Below are positions 55,156 to 63,853 of a DNA stretch of 64,000 nucleotides, one piece after another. Location: assembly GCA_035553355.1 (NCBI GenBank), contig DATMJW010000124.1, forward strand, positions 13,209 to 77,208, written 5' to 3'. The translations under genes were made by a program, and so were the position numbers. Origin of the DNA: Gaiellaceae bacterium. GTDB taxonomy: Bacteria > Actinomycetota > Thermoleophilia > Gaiellales > Gaiellaceae. The stretch's first letter is position 1; every line of letters begins with the position of its first letter. The notes beneath the pieces were generated by a model. The model worked only from the letters and a program-made list of their open reading frames with translations, had not been told where the DNA came from and did no database searches.

Positions 55156-56013
55156 TCACCGCGCGAGCCGCTCCGTCCCGAGCGCGCGGCTGTACGCGAG
55201 GACGGCGACCAGGATCGCCGCCATCAGCACGAACGAAAGCGCCGCCGCCTGGCCGTAGTCGGTGATCACGAGGAACTTCGACTGGATCACGTTCCCGATC
55301 ATCGACTGCCTCGGCGTCCCGAGGAGCTCGGCGTTGATGAAGTCGCCGGCGGCAGGGATGAACGTGAGCAGCGTCCCCGCGAAGACGCCCGGGAGCGAGA
55401 GCGGCAGCGTCACGCGCAGGAACGCCTGCAGCTTGCTCGAGTAGAGGTCCTCCGCCGCCTCGATCAGCCGCCCGTCGATCTGCTCGAGGCTCGCGTAGAG
55501 CGGCAGCGCCATGAACGGGAGGAAGTTGTAGGTGATCCCTGCGACGACGGCGGTCGAGGTCGCGAGCAGCCGCCCTCCCTCCTCGACGAGCCCGACCGCC
55601 GTCAGCGCCGAGAGGACGGGGCCCTCGTCGGCGAGGATCGTCTGCCACGCGAGCGTCCTGATCAGGTACGTGACGAAGAACGGCGCGATCACGAGCAGCA
55701 GGAGCAGGCTCCGCCACCGGCCGCCGCGGAACGCGATCCAGTAGGCGAGCGGGTAGCTGATCGCGAGGGCGAGCAGCGTCGCGATCCCCGCGTAGACGAG
55801 TGAGCGCACGAACTGCTCGTGGTAGGTCGAGATCGCGTCCGTGTAGTTCGACCACGCCCACGCGAACGTGTAGCCGACGTCGAGGGAGCCCTCCTGCAGC
55901 GACGTGTTCGCCAGGTAGTAGATCGGGACGACGAAGAACACGCCGAGGAACGCGAGCCCGGGCGCGAGCAGCACGTAGGGGACGGCGCCCCGGTGACGGT
56001 GCAGGAACGACAC
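55156..56013 (-). CDS. potB: Spermidine/putrescine ABC transporter permease
   Basis: GTG 56013 (TAGTG junction). ...IEAAEDLYSSKLQAFLRVTLPLSLPG. 285 aa. Confidence 0.85.
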   Translation of the reverse strand: MSFLHRHRGAVPYVLLAPGLAFLGVFFVVPIYYLANTSLQEGSLDVGYTFAWAWSNYTDAISTYHEQFVRSLVYAGIATLLALAISYPLAYWIAFRGGRWRSLLLLLVIAPFFVTYLIRTLAWQTILADEGPVLSALTAVGLVEEGGRLLATSTAVVAGITYNFLPFMALPLYASLEQIDGRLIEAAEDLYSSKLQAFLRVTLPLSLPGVFAGTLLTFIPAAGDFINAELLGTPRQSMIGNVIQSKFLVITDYGQAAALSFVLMAAILVAVLAYSRALGTERLAR

Positions 56014-57185
56014 TACGCCCCGACGACGGCCTGGAACTTCTGCTTGTACTCGTCGTTGTCGGCCGCCTCGGCGTCGAAGATCGCGACCTGCGACAGCGTC
56101 TCGTCGTCCGGGAAGATGAGGGGGTTGTCCGCGAGCGACGCGTCGATGTCGCGGATCGCCTCCTGCGCGCCCTCCACCGGGCAGATGTAGTTGACGTACG
56201 CCTCGATCTGCGCCGCGACCTTCGGGTCGTAGACGTAGTTCACGAACGTCGAGGCGGTGAAGACGTGGCCGCCCTTCGGGATCAGCATGTTGTCCGTCCA
56301 GATCATCCCGCCCTCCTCCGGGATCACGAAGCGGAGGTTCGGGTTCTCGAGCTGGAGCTGGACGAGGTCTCCCGACCAGGCGGTGCACGCCCACACGTCG
56401 CCGCGTGCGAGCATCGGCGCGTAGTCGTTGCCGGTGAACTGGCGGATCTGGCCGCTGTCGACGGCCTTCTGGAGCCGGCCGATCGCCTTGTCGAACGCGG
56501 CGGCGTCGACCTTCGTCGCGTCCGCGCCGTCGAGCTGGAGCAGGAGCCCGATCGTGTCGGGCATCTCGGTGAGGAACGTCACCTTCCCCTTCAGCTTCGG
56601 GTCCTCGAGGAGCTGCTGGACCGACGTGATCTCGCCGCCGACCCGCTCCGGGTCGTAGCCGATCCCGGTGAGGCCGGACTGCCACGGCATCGAGAAGTCG
56701 CGGTTCGGGTCCCAGCCAGGGCTCTGCAGCGCGTCGACGAGGTTCTTCGCGTTCGGGATCGCGCTCTTGTCGAGCTTGTCGACGTAGCCGAGCCGCACCA
56801 TCCGCGCCGCCACCCAGTCGGTGAGGACGGTGAGGTCGCGGCCGATCGGCTTGCCGGCGCGCAGCGCGGCCTGGTTCTTGCCGAACCACTCGTCGTTGTC
56901 GTTGACGTCCTCGATGTACTCGACGTCGACGCCCGTCTGCTTCGTGAACTGCTCGAGCGTCGGCCGCTTCTTGGTCTTCTCGTCGATGTCGATGTAGAGC
57001 GTCCAGTTCGAGATCGTCAGCTTGTCCGCGAGCTCGCGCGCGCCTCCGGCGGCCGTCGTTGCCGCGGTGGTCGCGGATCCCTCGATGCCGCCCCCACCGC
57101 ACGCGGCGAGGAAGCCGGGCAGCGTGAGCGCTGCTCCGCCGAGCGCGGCGCGCTCGAGCAGCTGACGACGGGTGAGGTCGGTCAT
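56013..57185 (-). CDS. potD: Spermidine/putrescine-binding lipoprotein (Tat signal plus lipobox)
   Basis: ATG 57185 (ATGA overlap). MTDLTRRQLLERAALGGAALTLPGFLAACGGG. 390 aa. Confidence 0.85.
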   Translation of the reverse strand: MTDLTRRQLLERAALGGAALTLPGFLAACGGGGIEGSATTAATTAAGGARELADKLTISNWTLYIDIDEKTKKRPTLEQFTKQTGVDVEYIEDVNDNDEWFGKNQAALRAGKPIGRDLTVLTDWVAARMVRLGYVDKLDKSAIPNAKNLVDALQSPGWDPNRDFSMPWQSGLTGIGYDPERVGGEITSVQQLLEDPKLKGKVTFLTEMPDTIGLLLQLDGADATKVDAAAFDKAIGRLQKAVDSGQIRQFTGNDYAPMLARGDVWACTAWSGDLVQLQLENPNLRFVIPEEGGMIWTDNMLIPKGGHVFTASTFVNYVYDPKVAAQIEAYVNYICPVEGAQEAIRDIDASLADNPLIFPDDETLSQVAIFDAEAADNDEYKQKFQAVVGA

Positions 57186-58267
57186 GACGGTTCCTCCTGT
57201 GGCGGTTCGGTGACGAAGGTGGACTGCGGCGACCAGCTGAGGTGCAGCACGGTGCCCGGTGCGGGGGGCGCCGCGGCGTTCGCGTTCTGGACGTAGACGG
57301 TGACGTCGCCCGCGCCCGTCTCGACGACGAGCTGTGTCGCGACGCCGACGTAGGCGGCGTCGCGGACCGTGCCGGCGAGCGTGTTCTCGTTCTCGGCGGG
57401 CGGCCCGACGCGGATCTTCTCGGGGCGGATGCCGACGGCGACGTCCGCGCGGCCGTTCAGGAGCCCCGGCGCCACGCGCACCTCGTCCCCTGCGTCGAGA
57501 CGGACGCGGTCGGGGCCGACGACGCGGCCCCGGAGGAGGTTCGAGACGCCGAGGAAGCCGGCGACGAAGGACGTCGCGGGCCGCTCGTAGAGCTCGGTCG
57601 GCGCGCCGAGCTGCTCGACCTTGCCGCGGTTCATCACCGCGATCCGGTCGGCCATCGTCATCGCCTCCTCCTGGTCGTGTGTGACGTGGACGAACGTGAT
57701 GCCGACGTCGCGCTGGATCCGCTTCAGCTCGAGCTGCAGCTGCTTGCGCAGCTTCAGGTCGAGCGCGCCGAGCGGCTCGTCGAGGAGGAGCACGCGCGGC
57801 TGGTTCACGAGCGCGCGCGCGAGCGCGACCCGCTGCTGCTGGCCGCCCGAGAGCTGGCGGGGCTTCCGGTGCGCGAGCGCCGTCACGTCCACGAGCTCCA
57901 TCGCCTCGCCGACGCGACGCCGCAGCTCCGCGCGGTCGACCTTTCTGCGCCGCAGCCCGAACGCGACGTTCTCCCAGACCGAGAGGTGCGGGAAGAGCGC
58001 GTAACTCTGGAAGACCGTGTTCACGTCGCGCCGGTGCGGCGGCAGCCCCACCACATCCTGGTCGCCGAGCAGGATCCGGCCCTCCGTCGGCTCCTCGAAG
58101 CCGCCGATCATCCGCAGCGTCGTCGTCTTCCCGCACCCCGACGGCCCGAGCAGCGCGAAGAACGACCCGGACGGGACCTCGAGCGAGATCCCGTCCACTG
58201 CGGCCACGTCGTCGAAGCGCTTGACGACGTTCTCGAGCCGGACGTCTGCGGGCTGCGCTCCCTGCAC
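57182..58267 (-). CDS. potA: Spermidine/putrescine ABC transporter ATP-binding protein
   Basis: GTG 58267 (TAGTG junction). [33 protein letters not shown], plus a C-terminal TOBE-like domain. 361 aa. Confidence 0.9.
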   Translation of the reverse strand: MQGAQPADVRLENVVKRFDDVAAVDGISLEVPSGSFFALLGPSGCGKTTTLRMIGGFEEPTEGRILLGDQDVVGLPPHRRDVNTVFQSYALFPHLSVWENVAFGLRRRKVDRAELRRRVGEAMELVDVTALAHRKPRQLSGGQQQRVALARALVNQPRVLLLDEPLGALDLKLRKQLQLELKRIQRDVGITFVHVTHDQEEAMTMADRIAVMNRGKVEQLGAPTELYERPATSFVAGFLGVSNLLRGRVVGPDRVRLDAGDEVRVAPGLLNGRADVAVGIRPEKIRVGPPAENENTLAGTVRDAAYVGVATQLVVETGAGDVTVYVQNANAAAPPAPGTVLHLSWSPQSTFVTEPPQEEPS

Positions 58268-59709
58268 TAGGCGAGCTTCAGGGCGACGTGCTTGATCCGC
58301 GTGTACTCCTCCATGGAGTAGAGCGACATGTCCTTGCCGTAGCCGGACTCCTTGAAGCCGCCGTGCGGCATCTCCGAGGCGAGCGGGAAGAGGTGCTCGT
58401 TCACCCAGACGGTGCCGAAGTCGAGCTTCCGCGCGGCCGCGAGCGCGCGGCCGACGTTCTCGCTGAAGACGGATGCGGCGAGGCCGTAGCGGACGCCGTT
58501 CGCCATCTCGATCGCCGCGTCGTCGCTCTCGAAGCGCTGCACGGTGACGACCGGCCCGAAGACCTCGCGCTGCACGATCTCGTCGTCCTGCTCGACGTCC
58601 GCGACGATCGTCGGCCTGACGAAGTAGCCGCGCTCGCCGAGCGCGCTCCCGCCGGTGACCACGCTCGCGCGGGCCGGCAGGCGCTCGAGGAAGCCGAGCA
58701 CGCGCTCCCGCTGCTCCGCCGAGATCACCGGCCCCATCTCCACGTCGTCGCCCGCGGCCGGGTCCGCGACCTTCATCGCCTCGACCACCTTCACCGTCTC
58801 GGAGAGGACGTCGTCGTAGATCCGCTCGCTGACGAGGATGCGTGACGACGCGGTGCAGTCCTGCCCCGAGTTCCAGTACCCGCCGATCTTGATCGCCTCG
58901 GCGACGGTGGCGGGGTCGGCGTCGTCGAGGACGACCATCGGCGCCTTCCCGCCGAGCTCGAGGTGGACGCGCTTGAGCGTGTCGGCGGCGTTCCGCGCGA
59001 TCAGCTTCCCGGTCTCGACGTCGCCGGTGAGCGAGACGAGCGCGATGTCCGGGTGCCGCACGAGCGCGTCGCCGACCGGGACGCCGTCGCCGGTGATGAC
59101 GTTGAGCACGCCCGGCGGGAGCACCTCCTGCGCGAGCTCGGCGAACCGGAGCGTCGAGAGCGGCGTCTGCTCGGCCGGCTTCAGGATCTGGCAGTTCCCC
59201 GCGGCGAGCGCGGGCCCCATCTTCCAGACGACCATCATCAGCGGGTAGTTCCAGGGCGTGATCCCGGCGACGATCCCGAGCGGCTCGCGCCGGATGATCG
59301 ACGTGTACCCCTCGACGTACTCGCCGGCCGCCTTGCCCTCGAGCGTCCGCGCCGCGCCGGCGAAGAAGCGGAGGTTGTCCGCCGAGAACGGCATCTCGTC
59401 GGCCGCGATCATCATCGGCTTCCCCACGTTGCGGGACTCGAGCTCCGCCAGCTCGTCGGCGTGCTCGTCGATCAGGTCGGCGAGCTTGAGCAGCAGCTCC
59501 ATCCGGTCCTTCGGCGTCTTGTCCCGCCACTCCGGCCACGCTTTCTTGGCGGCCTCGACGGCGCGCTCGACGTCGGCGGCGGTGCCGCGCGGCACCTCGC
59601 CGATCGCCTCACCGGTCGACGGGTTGACGACCTCCATCGTCGCGCCGGAGGTGGACTCGACCCACTCGCCTCCGACGAAGTTCTTGTACTGGGTGATCGA
59701 GACGCTCAC
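58267..59709 (-). CDS. NAD-dependent aldehyde dehydrogenase (gamma-aminobutyraldehyde dehydrogenase-like)
   Basis: 480 aa. ITPWNYPLMM, LELGGKAP, ...GQDCTASSR. Confidence 0.9.
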   Translation of the reverse strand: MSVSITQYKNFVGGEWVESTSGATMEVVNPSTGEAIGEVPRGTAADVERAVEAAKKAWPEWRDKTPKDRMELLLKLADLIDEHADELAELESRNVGKPMMIAADEMPFSADNLRFFAGAARTLEGKAAGEYVEGYTSIIRREPLGIVAGITPWNYPLMMVVWKMGPALAAGNCQILKPAEQTPLSTLRFAELAQEVLPPGVLNVITGDGVPVGDALVRHPDIALVSLTGDVETGKLIARNAADTLKRVHLELGGKAPMVVLDDADPATVAEAIKIGGYWNSGQDCTASSRILVSERIYDDVLSETVKVVEAMKVADPAAGDDVEMGPVISAEQRERVLGFLERLPARASVVTGGSALGERGYFVRPTIVADVEQDDEIVQREVFGPVVTVQRFESDDAAIEMANGVRYGLAASVFSENVGRALAAARKLDFGTVWVNEHLFPLASEMPHGGFKESGYGKDMSLYSMEEYTRIKHVALKLA

Positions 59710-59847
59710 GCTCAGCCTCCACGTCGCGGGTACGACCCGAGCCTAAAGGCGACCGACGCCGTGGACAAGCCGGAAGGTCGCATCGGGCTCCGCTTTGGCC
59801 ACGGTGTCCAAAAGCGGCACCGCAGCATCGGCCCGGAGGACCACTCG

Positions 59848-59870
59848 GCGCCCGCTTCGCGCGCGGGCGC
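59848..59870 (-). terminator. 8-bp GC hairpin just after the PPOX stop
   Basis: GCGCCCGC-TTCGCGC-GCGGGCGC, 5 nt from stop 59875. No U-tract. Confidence 0.4.
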
Positions 59871-59874
59871 GCCG

Positions 59875-60267
59875 TCAGTCGACGCCGTACGCCGTGACGC
59901 GCGTCGGGCGCACCTTCACCAGCACGCGCTGCTCGCCGGGCCCGAGGCCGTAGCTCTCGCGGCCGCGGTACACCCGCGCCTGGTGGTCGATGTGCTCGTT
60001 CGCGCCGTCGGTCGTGATCTCATCGACCACCCCGTCGATCCCGACCCAGCGGTACGCGCTCTCGCGGTCGAGCACGAGCACCGACGTCCGCGGGTCGTCG
60101 CGCAGGTACTCGAGCTTCTTGCGCGTCGTGTTCAGGTTGACGAGGACGTGTCTCCCGTCCCAGTCGATCCAGATCACCGACTGGTGCGGCGTCCCGTCCG
60201 GGCGCAGAGCAGCGACGACGGCGTAGTTCGGTTCCTGCAGGAAGCGCCCCTGCGCCTCCGTCAGCAC
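59875..60267 (-). CDS. PPOX-class (pyridoxamine-5'-phosphate-oxidase-fold) probable F420-dependent protein
   Basis: GTG 60267 (TAGTG junction). ...AVVAALRPDGTPHQSVIWIDWDGRHVLVNLNTTRKKLEYLRDDPRTSVLV. 130 aa. Confidence 0.75.
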   Translation of the reverse strand: MLTEAQGRFLQEPNYAVVAALRPDGTPHQSVIWIDWDGRHVLVNLNTTRKKLEYLRDDPRTSVLVLDRESAYRWVGIDGVVDEITTDGANEHIDHQARVYRGRESYGLGPGEQRVLVKVRPTRVTAYGVD

Positions 60268-61322
60268 TAGCTGCGCCCGACCTCCGTCGGGATGTCGGCG
60301 ATCTCGCCGCCGCGGATCCGGTCTGCGACCTGCTCGACCTGCTCGACGTCCTCCTCCGGGACCTCGTCGCTGACGGTGCCGAGGCCGACTCCTTCCTCGG
60401 TGAGGCCGAAGGTCGTGTTGCCGCCGCCCTTCCACTCGCCGTCCAGCACCTGCTGGATCGCGAGGAAGACCGCTGCGTCGACGCCCTTCTGCGCGCTCGT
60501 GAGGATGTGCGGGCCGAGCCCGGACTGGTCGGCGTCGACGCCGATCCCCCAGACGTCGCGCTCGCGCGCGGCGTCGAGGGCGCCGAGGCCGCAGCCGCCG
60601 GCGACCTGGAAGACGACGCCGGAGCCGTCGCCGATCTGGTTCAGCGCGAGCTCCTTGCACTTCGCCTGGTCGTCCCAGTCCTGGGAGTAGCTCCAGGAGA
60701 CGTCGATGCCTGGCACGGCGGCCTCCGCGCCCGCCTTGTAGCCGGCGATGAAGCGATCCACGGGCGGCTCCTTGAAGCCGCCGACGGCGCTGATGCGGTC
60801 GGCCCCCTCGCGCCGCTTCTCCTGGAGCGCGGCGAGGTACCCGACGAGGTAGCCGACCTCCTCCTCGCGGAAGAGCAGCCCCTGGACGTTCGCCGGCTTG
60901 CCCGGCACGAACGCGTGGTCGACGTCGATGATCGCGAACTTCGTGTCGGGGAAGCGCTGCGCGACCTTCCCCACCGCGTCGCCCTGCGCGAAGCCGACGC
61001 CGATGATCAGGTCGTACCCCTGGCGCGCGAGCGAGCTCATGTTCGGGATGTAGGCCGCGGCCGACGCCGATTCGACGACGCGCCCCTCGATCCCGAGCTC
61101 CTGCTCCGCGCGCTGCAGGCCGCGGTAGGCGAGCTCGTTGAAGCCGTCGTCGTCGAGCTGCCCCTGGTCGGTGATGAGGCCGACGCGGAGCGGCTCCTCC
61201 GCCTGCGTCGTCGCGCCTCCGCCGGTCGTGGCCGGCGCTGCCGCGTCGTCGCCGCCGCCGCACGCGGCGGCTGTGACGACGAGCGCGCAGAGCAGCGCGG
61301 CAAGCGTGGACGCACGCACCAT
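60267..61322 (-). CDS. BMP-family (PnrA/Med-like) substrate-binding lipoprotein
   Basis: ATG 61322. Lipobox VVTAAACGGG. ...VGLITDQGQLDDDGFNELAY..., FAIIDVD, GIGVDADQ. 351 aa. No adjacent permease or ATPase. Confidence 0.85.
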   Translation of the reverse strand: MVRASTLAALLCALVVTAAACGGGDDAAAPATTGGGATTQAEEPLRVGLITDQGQLDDDGFNELAYRGLQRAEQELGIEGRVVESASAAAYIPNMSSLARQGYDLIIGVGFAQGDAVGKVAQRFPDTKFAIIDVDHAFVPGKPANVQGLLFREEEVGYLVGYLAALQEKRREGADRISAVGGFKEPPVDRFIAGYKAGAEAAVPGIDVSWSYSQDWDDQAKCKELALNQIGDGSGVVFQVAGGCGLGALDAARERDVWGIGVDADQSGLGPHILTSAQKGVDAAVFLAIQQVLDGEWKGGGNTTFGLTEEGVGLGTVSDEVPEEDVEQVEQVADRIRGGEIADIPTEVGRS

Positions 61323-61463
61323 CGCGACGGTTGTAGCACAGCCGCTGCGGCTGCCGGTGACGGCATCCCCGATCCGGGTGAGGGTGGTGCCGCCGTTCGT
61401 GTGGGTCGCGCGAGCGGCACCGTGAATGGCGCGCGCAGGCCATCCGGACGACGACTGAGGCAG

Positions 61464-62120
61464 ATGCTGAAGCGGCTCACGGCACTCCTCGCGGCACTTG
61501 CGGCCGCCGCGGTCATCGGCCCCGCCCCTGCGGCCGCCGCGGGCGGCGACTACGTCTTCGACGGCGGGACGCCGCGCCAGCAGGCGCAGGTCCGCGGCGC
61601 GCTCGGCGCCAGCTCCTTCGACTGGAGCATCGTCCCGCGGGTCACGGTCCACATCGGGGACTACGGCGTGTCCCACGCGACGCCGGGCCACGTCTACCTC
61701 GATGCGCGTCTCCTCGACGCGGGGACGTTCGCGTGGGCGACGGTGCTCGACGAGTACGCGCACCAGATCGACTTCCTCCTCCTCGACAATGCGCAGCGGG
61801 CGCTGCTCCAGCAGCGGCTCGGCGGCACCGCCTGGTGCTACGAGGTCGCCGGCCTCGCGCACGGCGCGTACGGGTGCGAGCGGTTCGCGTCGCTCGTCGC
61901 GTGGGCGTACTGGGAGTCGCCGCAGAACGCGTACCGGCCGACGAGCCCCCGCGACGAGTCCGCCGCGATGCCTGCGGCCGAGTTCCGGACGCTCCTCGGC
62001 TCGCTCCTCGGGATCCGCGCGATCGCCCCGCACGCGCTCCGCACCGGCTCCGCCCCGGTCGTCCGCGCGCCGCAGTCGGTCGCGAAGCAGCCGCAGGCGA
62101 AGCCGCTCCGCCGCCGGTAG
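61464..62120 (+). CDS. Secreted hypothetical protein
   Basis: ATG 61464 with GAGG SD. Signal peptide MLKRLTALLAALAAAAVIGPAPAAAA. No motif I can name. 218 aa. Confidence 0.5.
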   Translation: MLKRLTALLAALAAAAVIGPAPAAAAGGDYVFDGGTPRQQAQVRGALGASSFDWSIVPRVTVHIGDYGVSHATPGHVYLDARLLDAGTFAWATVLDEYAHQIDFLLLDNAQRALLQQRLGGTAWCYEVAGLAHGAYGCERFASLVAWAYWESPQNAYRPTSPRDESAAMPAAEFRTLLGSLLGIRAIAPHALRTGSAPVVRAPQSVAKQPQAKPLRRR

Positions 62121-62142
62121 CGCGGCCGCCGCGCGGCTGCCG

Positions 62143-62838
62143 CTACGCGATCAGCGACTGCCGGAGCGCGGTCGCGACGGCCTGCGTGCGCGTGTCCGCG
62201 TCGAGCTTCGCCATCGCCTTGCGCACGTGCGTGCGGACGGTCTCGGGCGAGATGAAGAGCGCCTTGCCGATCTCCTCGTTCGAGAGCCCGTCGGCCAGGA
62301 GCCGCAGGACGTCGCGCTCCCGCTGGGTGAGCTTCGACATCTTCTCGGTCGCCGCGGAGCTCGAGAGCACGCCGGCGAGCACCGGGTCGACGTAGGTGCG
62401 ACCGGATGCGACGAGCTCGACCGCGCGGACGACCTCGGCGAGCGGAGCCTCCTTCAGCACGAACCCGCGTGCGCCGGCGTCCATCGCCTCGGTGAGGAGG
62501 GCCCGGTCGCCGAAGGCGGTGTAGAGGATGACGGCGGTGTCGGGCGCCGAGCGGGCGACGCGCCTCGCGACCTCGATCCCGGAGAGGCCGGGCATCCGAA
62601 GGTCGAGCAGCGCGACCTGGGGCTGCGAGGCCTCGATCTTCTGCAGCGCCTCGTGCCCGTCGCGAGCCCGCCCCGTCACCTCGATCCCGTGCTCCTGCAG
62701 CACGTCCGCGACGGCCTCGACCACGGCTGGGTGGTCGTCGGCGACGAGGCACGAGGTCGTGCCGGGTTCAGCGGCCACAATCACCACCCTGTCGTCGGCC
62801 GCGTCGCGACGAACTTGAGGGCGTGTCGGAGTCGGCAC
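62143..62838 (-). CDS. NarL/FixJ-type response regulator (REC plus LuxR HTH); start uncertain (GTG at 62838, 62787, 62784 or 62778)
   Basis: CLVADDHPAVVEAV, ALLDLRMPGLSG, ILYTAFGD, VLKEAP. C-terminal LTQRERDVLRLLADGLSNEEIGKALFISPETVRTHV. Confidence 0.85.
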   Translation of the reverse strand: MPTPTRPQVRRDAADDRVVIVAAEPGTTSCLVADDHPAVVEAVADVLQEHGIEVTGRARDGHEALQKIEASQPQVALLDLRMPGLSGIEVARRVARSAPDTAVILYTAFGDRALLTEAMDAGARGFVLKEAPLAEVVRAVELVASGRTYVDPVLAGVLSSSAATEKMSKLTQRERDVLRLLADGLSNEEIGKALFISPETVRTHVRKAMAKLDADTRTQAVATALRQSLIA

Positions 62839-62948
62839 GTCGCCCGCCGAGGCCGTACGATCCGGTCGTTCTCGCTCCGCGCCTCAGCTTTGCCACCTGC
62901 ACCGGCCCCCCGAGCGTCGCTGTCGCCGCCAGAGGTGATCATAGAGCC

Positions 62949-63482
62949 GTGATCGGTCGCGACCCCATTGCGGACGACCTCTTTCTGCGCACGCTCGGGC
63001 GGCTGACGCGCGGCGCGCTCCACGAGCTCTCGAACCCGCTCCTCGCCGTGATCGGAAGCGCCGAGCTCGCACTCGCGGCCGCGGAGCCCGGGTCGAAGGT
63101 GCACGAGCGGCTGCAGCTCGTCCACCGGACGTCGCTCGAGATCGCGGAGATCGTGCGCGCGCTCCAGGGCTTCACGCGCGAGCGCGCGGCGCCGCCGCGA
63201 CCGATTCCGCTGGGCGACGCGGCCGCGGGCGCGATCCGGCTCGTCGAGCTCGTTTCGGCAGTACGGGACGTGGAGGTCAGGCTGAGGCGTGAGACGGAGC
63301 CGGTCGTCGTCGCCTCACCCGGCGACGTCGCAGCTGCACTCGTCTCGGCGCTCCTCGATGCGGTCACCGCCGCCGAGCGCGACGCGGTCGTGCAGGTCGT
63401 CGTCACGCACGCCGGTGGCGACGCCGTCGTCCGGGTCGACGGCGACGATGTCCTCACGGTGCCGCTGGAGGAGGAGACGTGA
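62949..63482 (+). CDS. Truncated histidine-kinase-like protein (DHp H-box plus degenerate, lid-less CA remnant); alternative start 62823
   Basis: H-box GALHELSNPLLAVIGSAELA. The N-box position reads LVSALLDAV (Asn replaced by Asp). The protein ends at VRVDGDDVLTVPLEEET with no G1/F/G2 boxes. No TM or sensor domain. GTGA overlap with the CheY gene. Confidence 0.55.
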   Translation: MIGRDPIADDLFLRTLGRLTRGALHELSNPLLAVIGSAELALAAAEPGSKVHERLQLVHRTSLEIAEIVRALQGFTRERAAPPRPIPLGDAAAGAIRLVELVSAVRDVEVRLRRETEPVVVASPGDVAAALVSALLDAVTAAERDAVVQVVVTHAGGDAVVRVDGDDVLTVPLEEET

Positions 63483-63853
63483 GCCGCGTCCTCGTCGTCG
63501 ACGACGAGCAGCTCGTGCGGGACCTGACGGTGCAGGTCCTCCTCCGTGGCGGCCACGACGTCGTCTCGTCGGCGACGGCGCAGGGCGCGCTCGACTTGCT
63601 CGAGCAGGAGCGGTTCGACCTCGTCGTCACGGACGTCGTGATGCCAGGGCTCTCGGGCGTCGAGCTGCTGAACGAGATCCGCGACCGCCAGCCCGACCTC
63701 CCCGTCCTGCTGATGACGGGCGGCTCGCCCGATCCCGACCGGACGGCGCGCGCGCTCGACCTCGGTGCGACGGCGATGATCTACAAGCCGTTCGCGCACA
63801 CCGATCTGCTCGAGGCCGTCGCGGCAGCGGTCGCCGGGCGCGAGGAGCGCTAG
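63479..63853 (+). CDS. Single-domain (CheY-like) response regulator
   Basis: 124 aa. VLVVDDEQ, LVVTDVVMPGLSG, LLMTGG, IYKPF. Confidence 0.85.
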   Translation: MSRVLVVDDEQLVRDLTVQVLLRGGHDVVSSATAQGALDLLEQERFDLVVTDVVMPGLSGVELLNEIRDRQPDLPVLLMTGGSPDPDRTARALDLGATAMIYKPFAHTDLLEAVAAAVAGREER

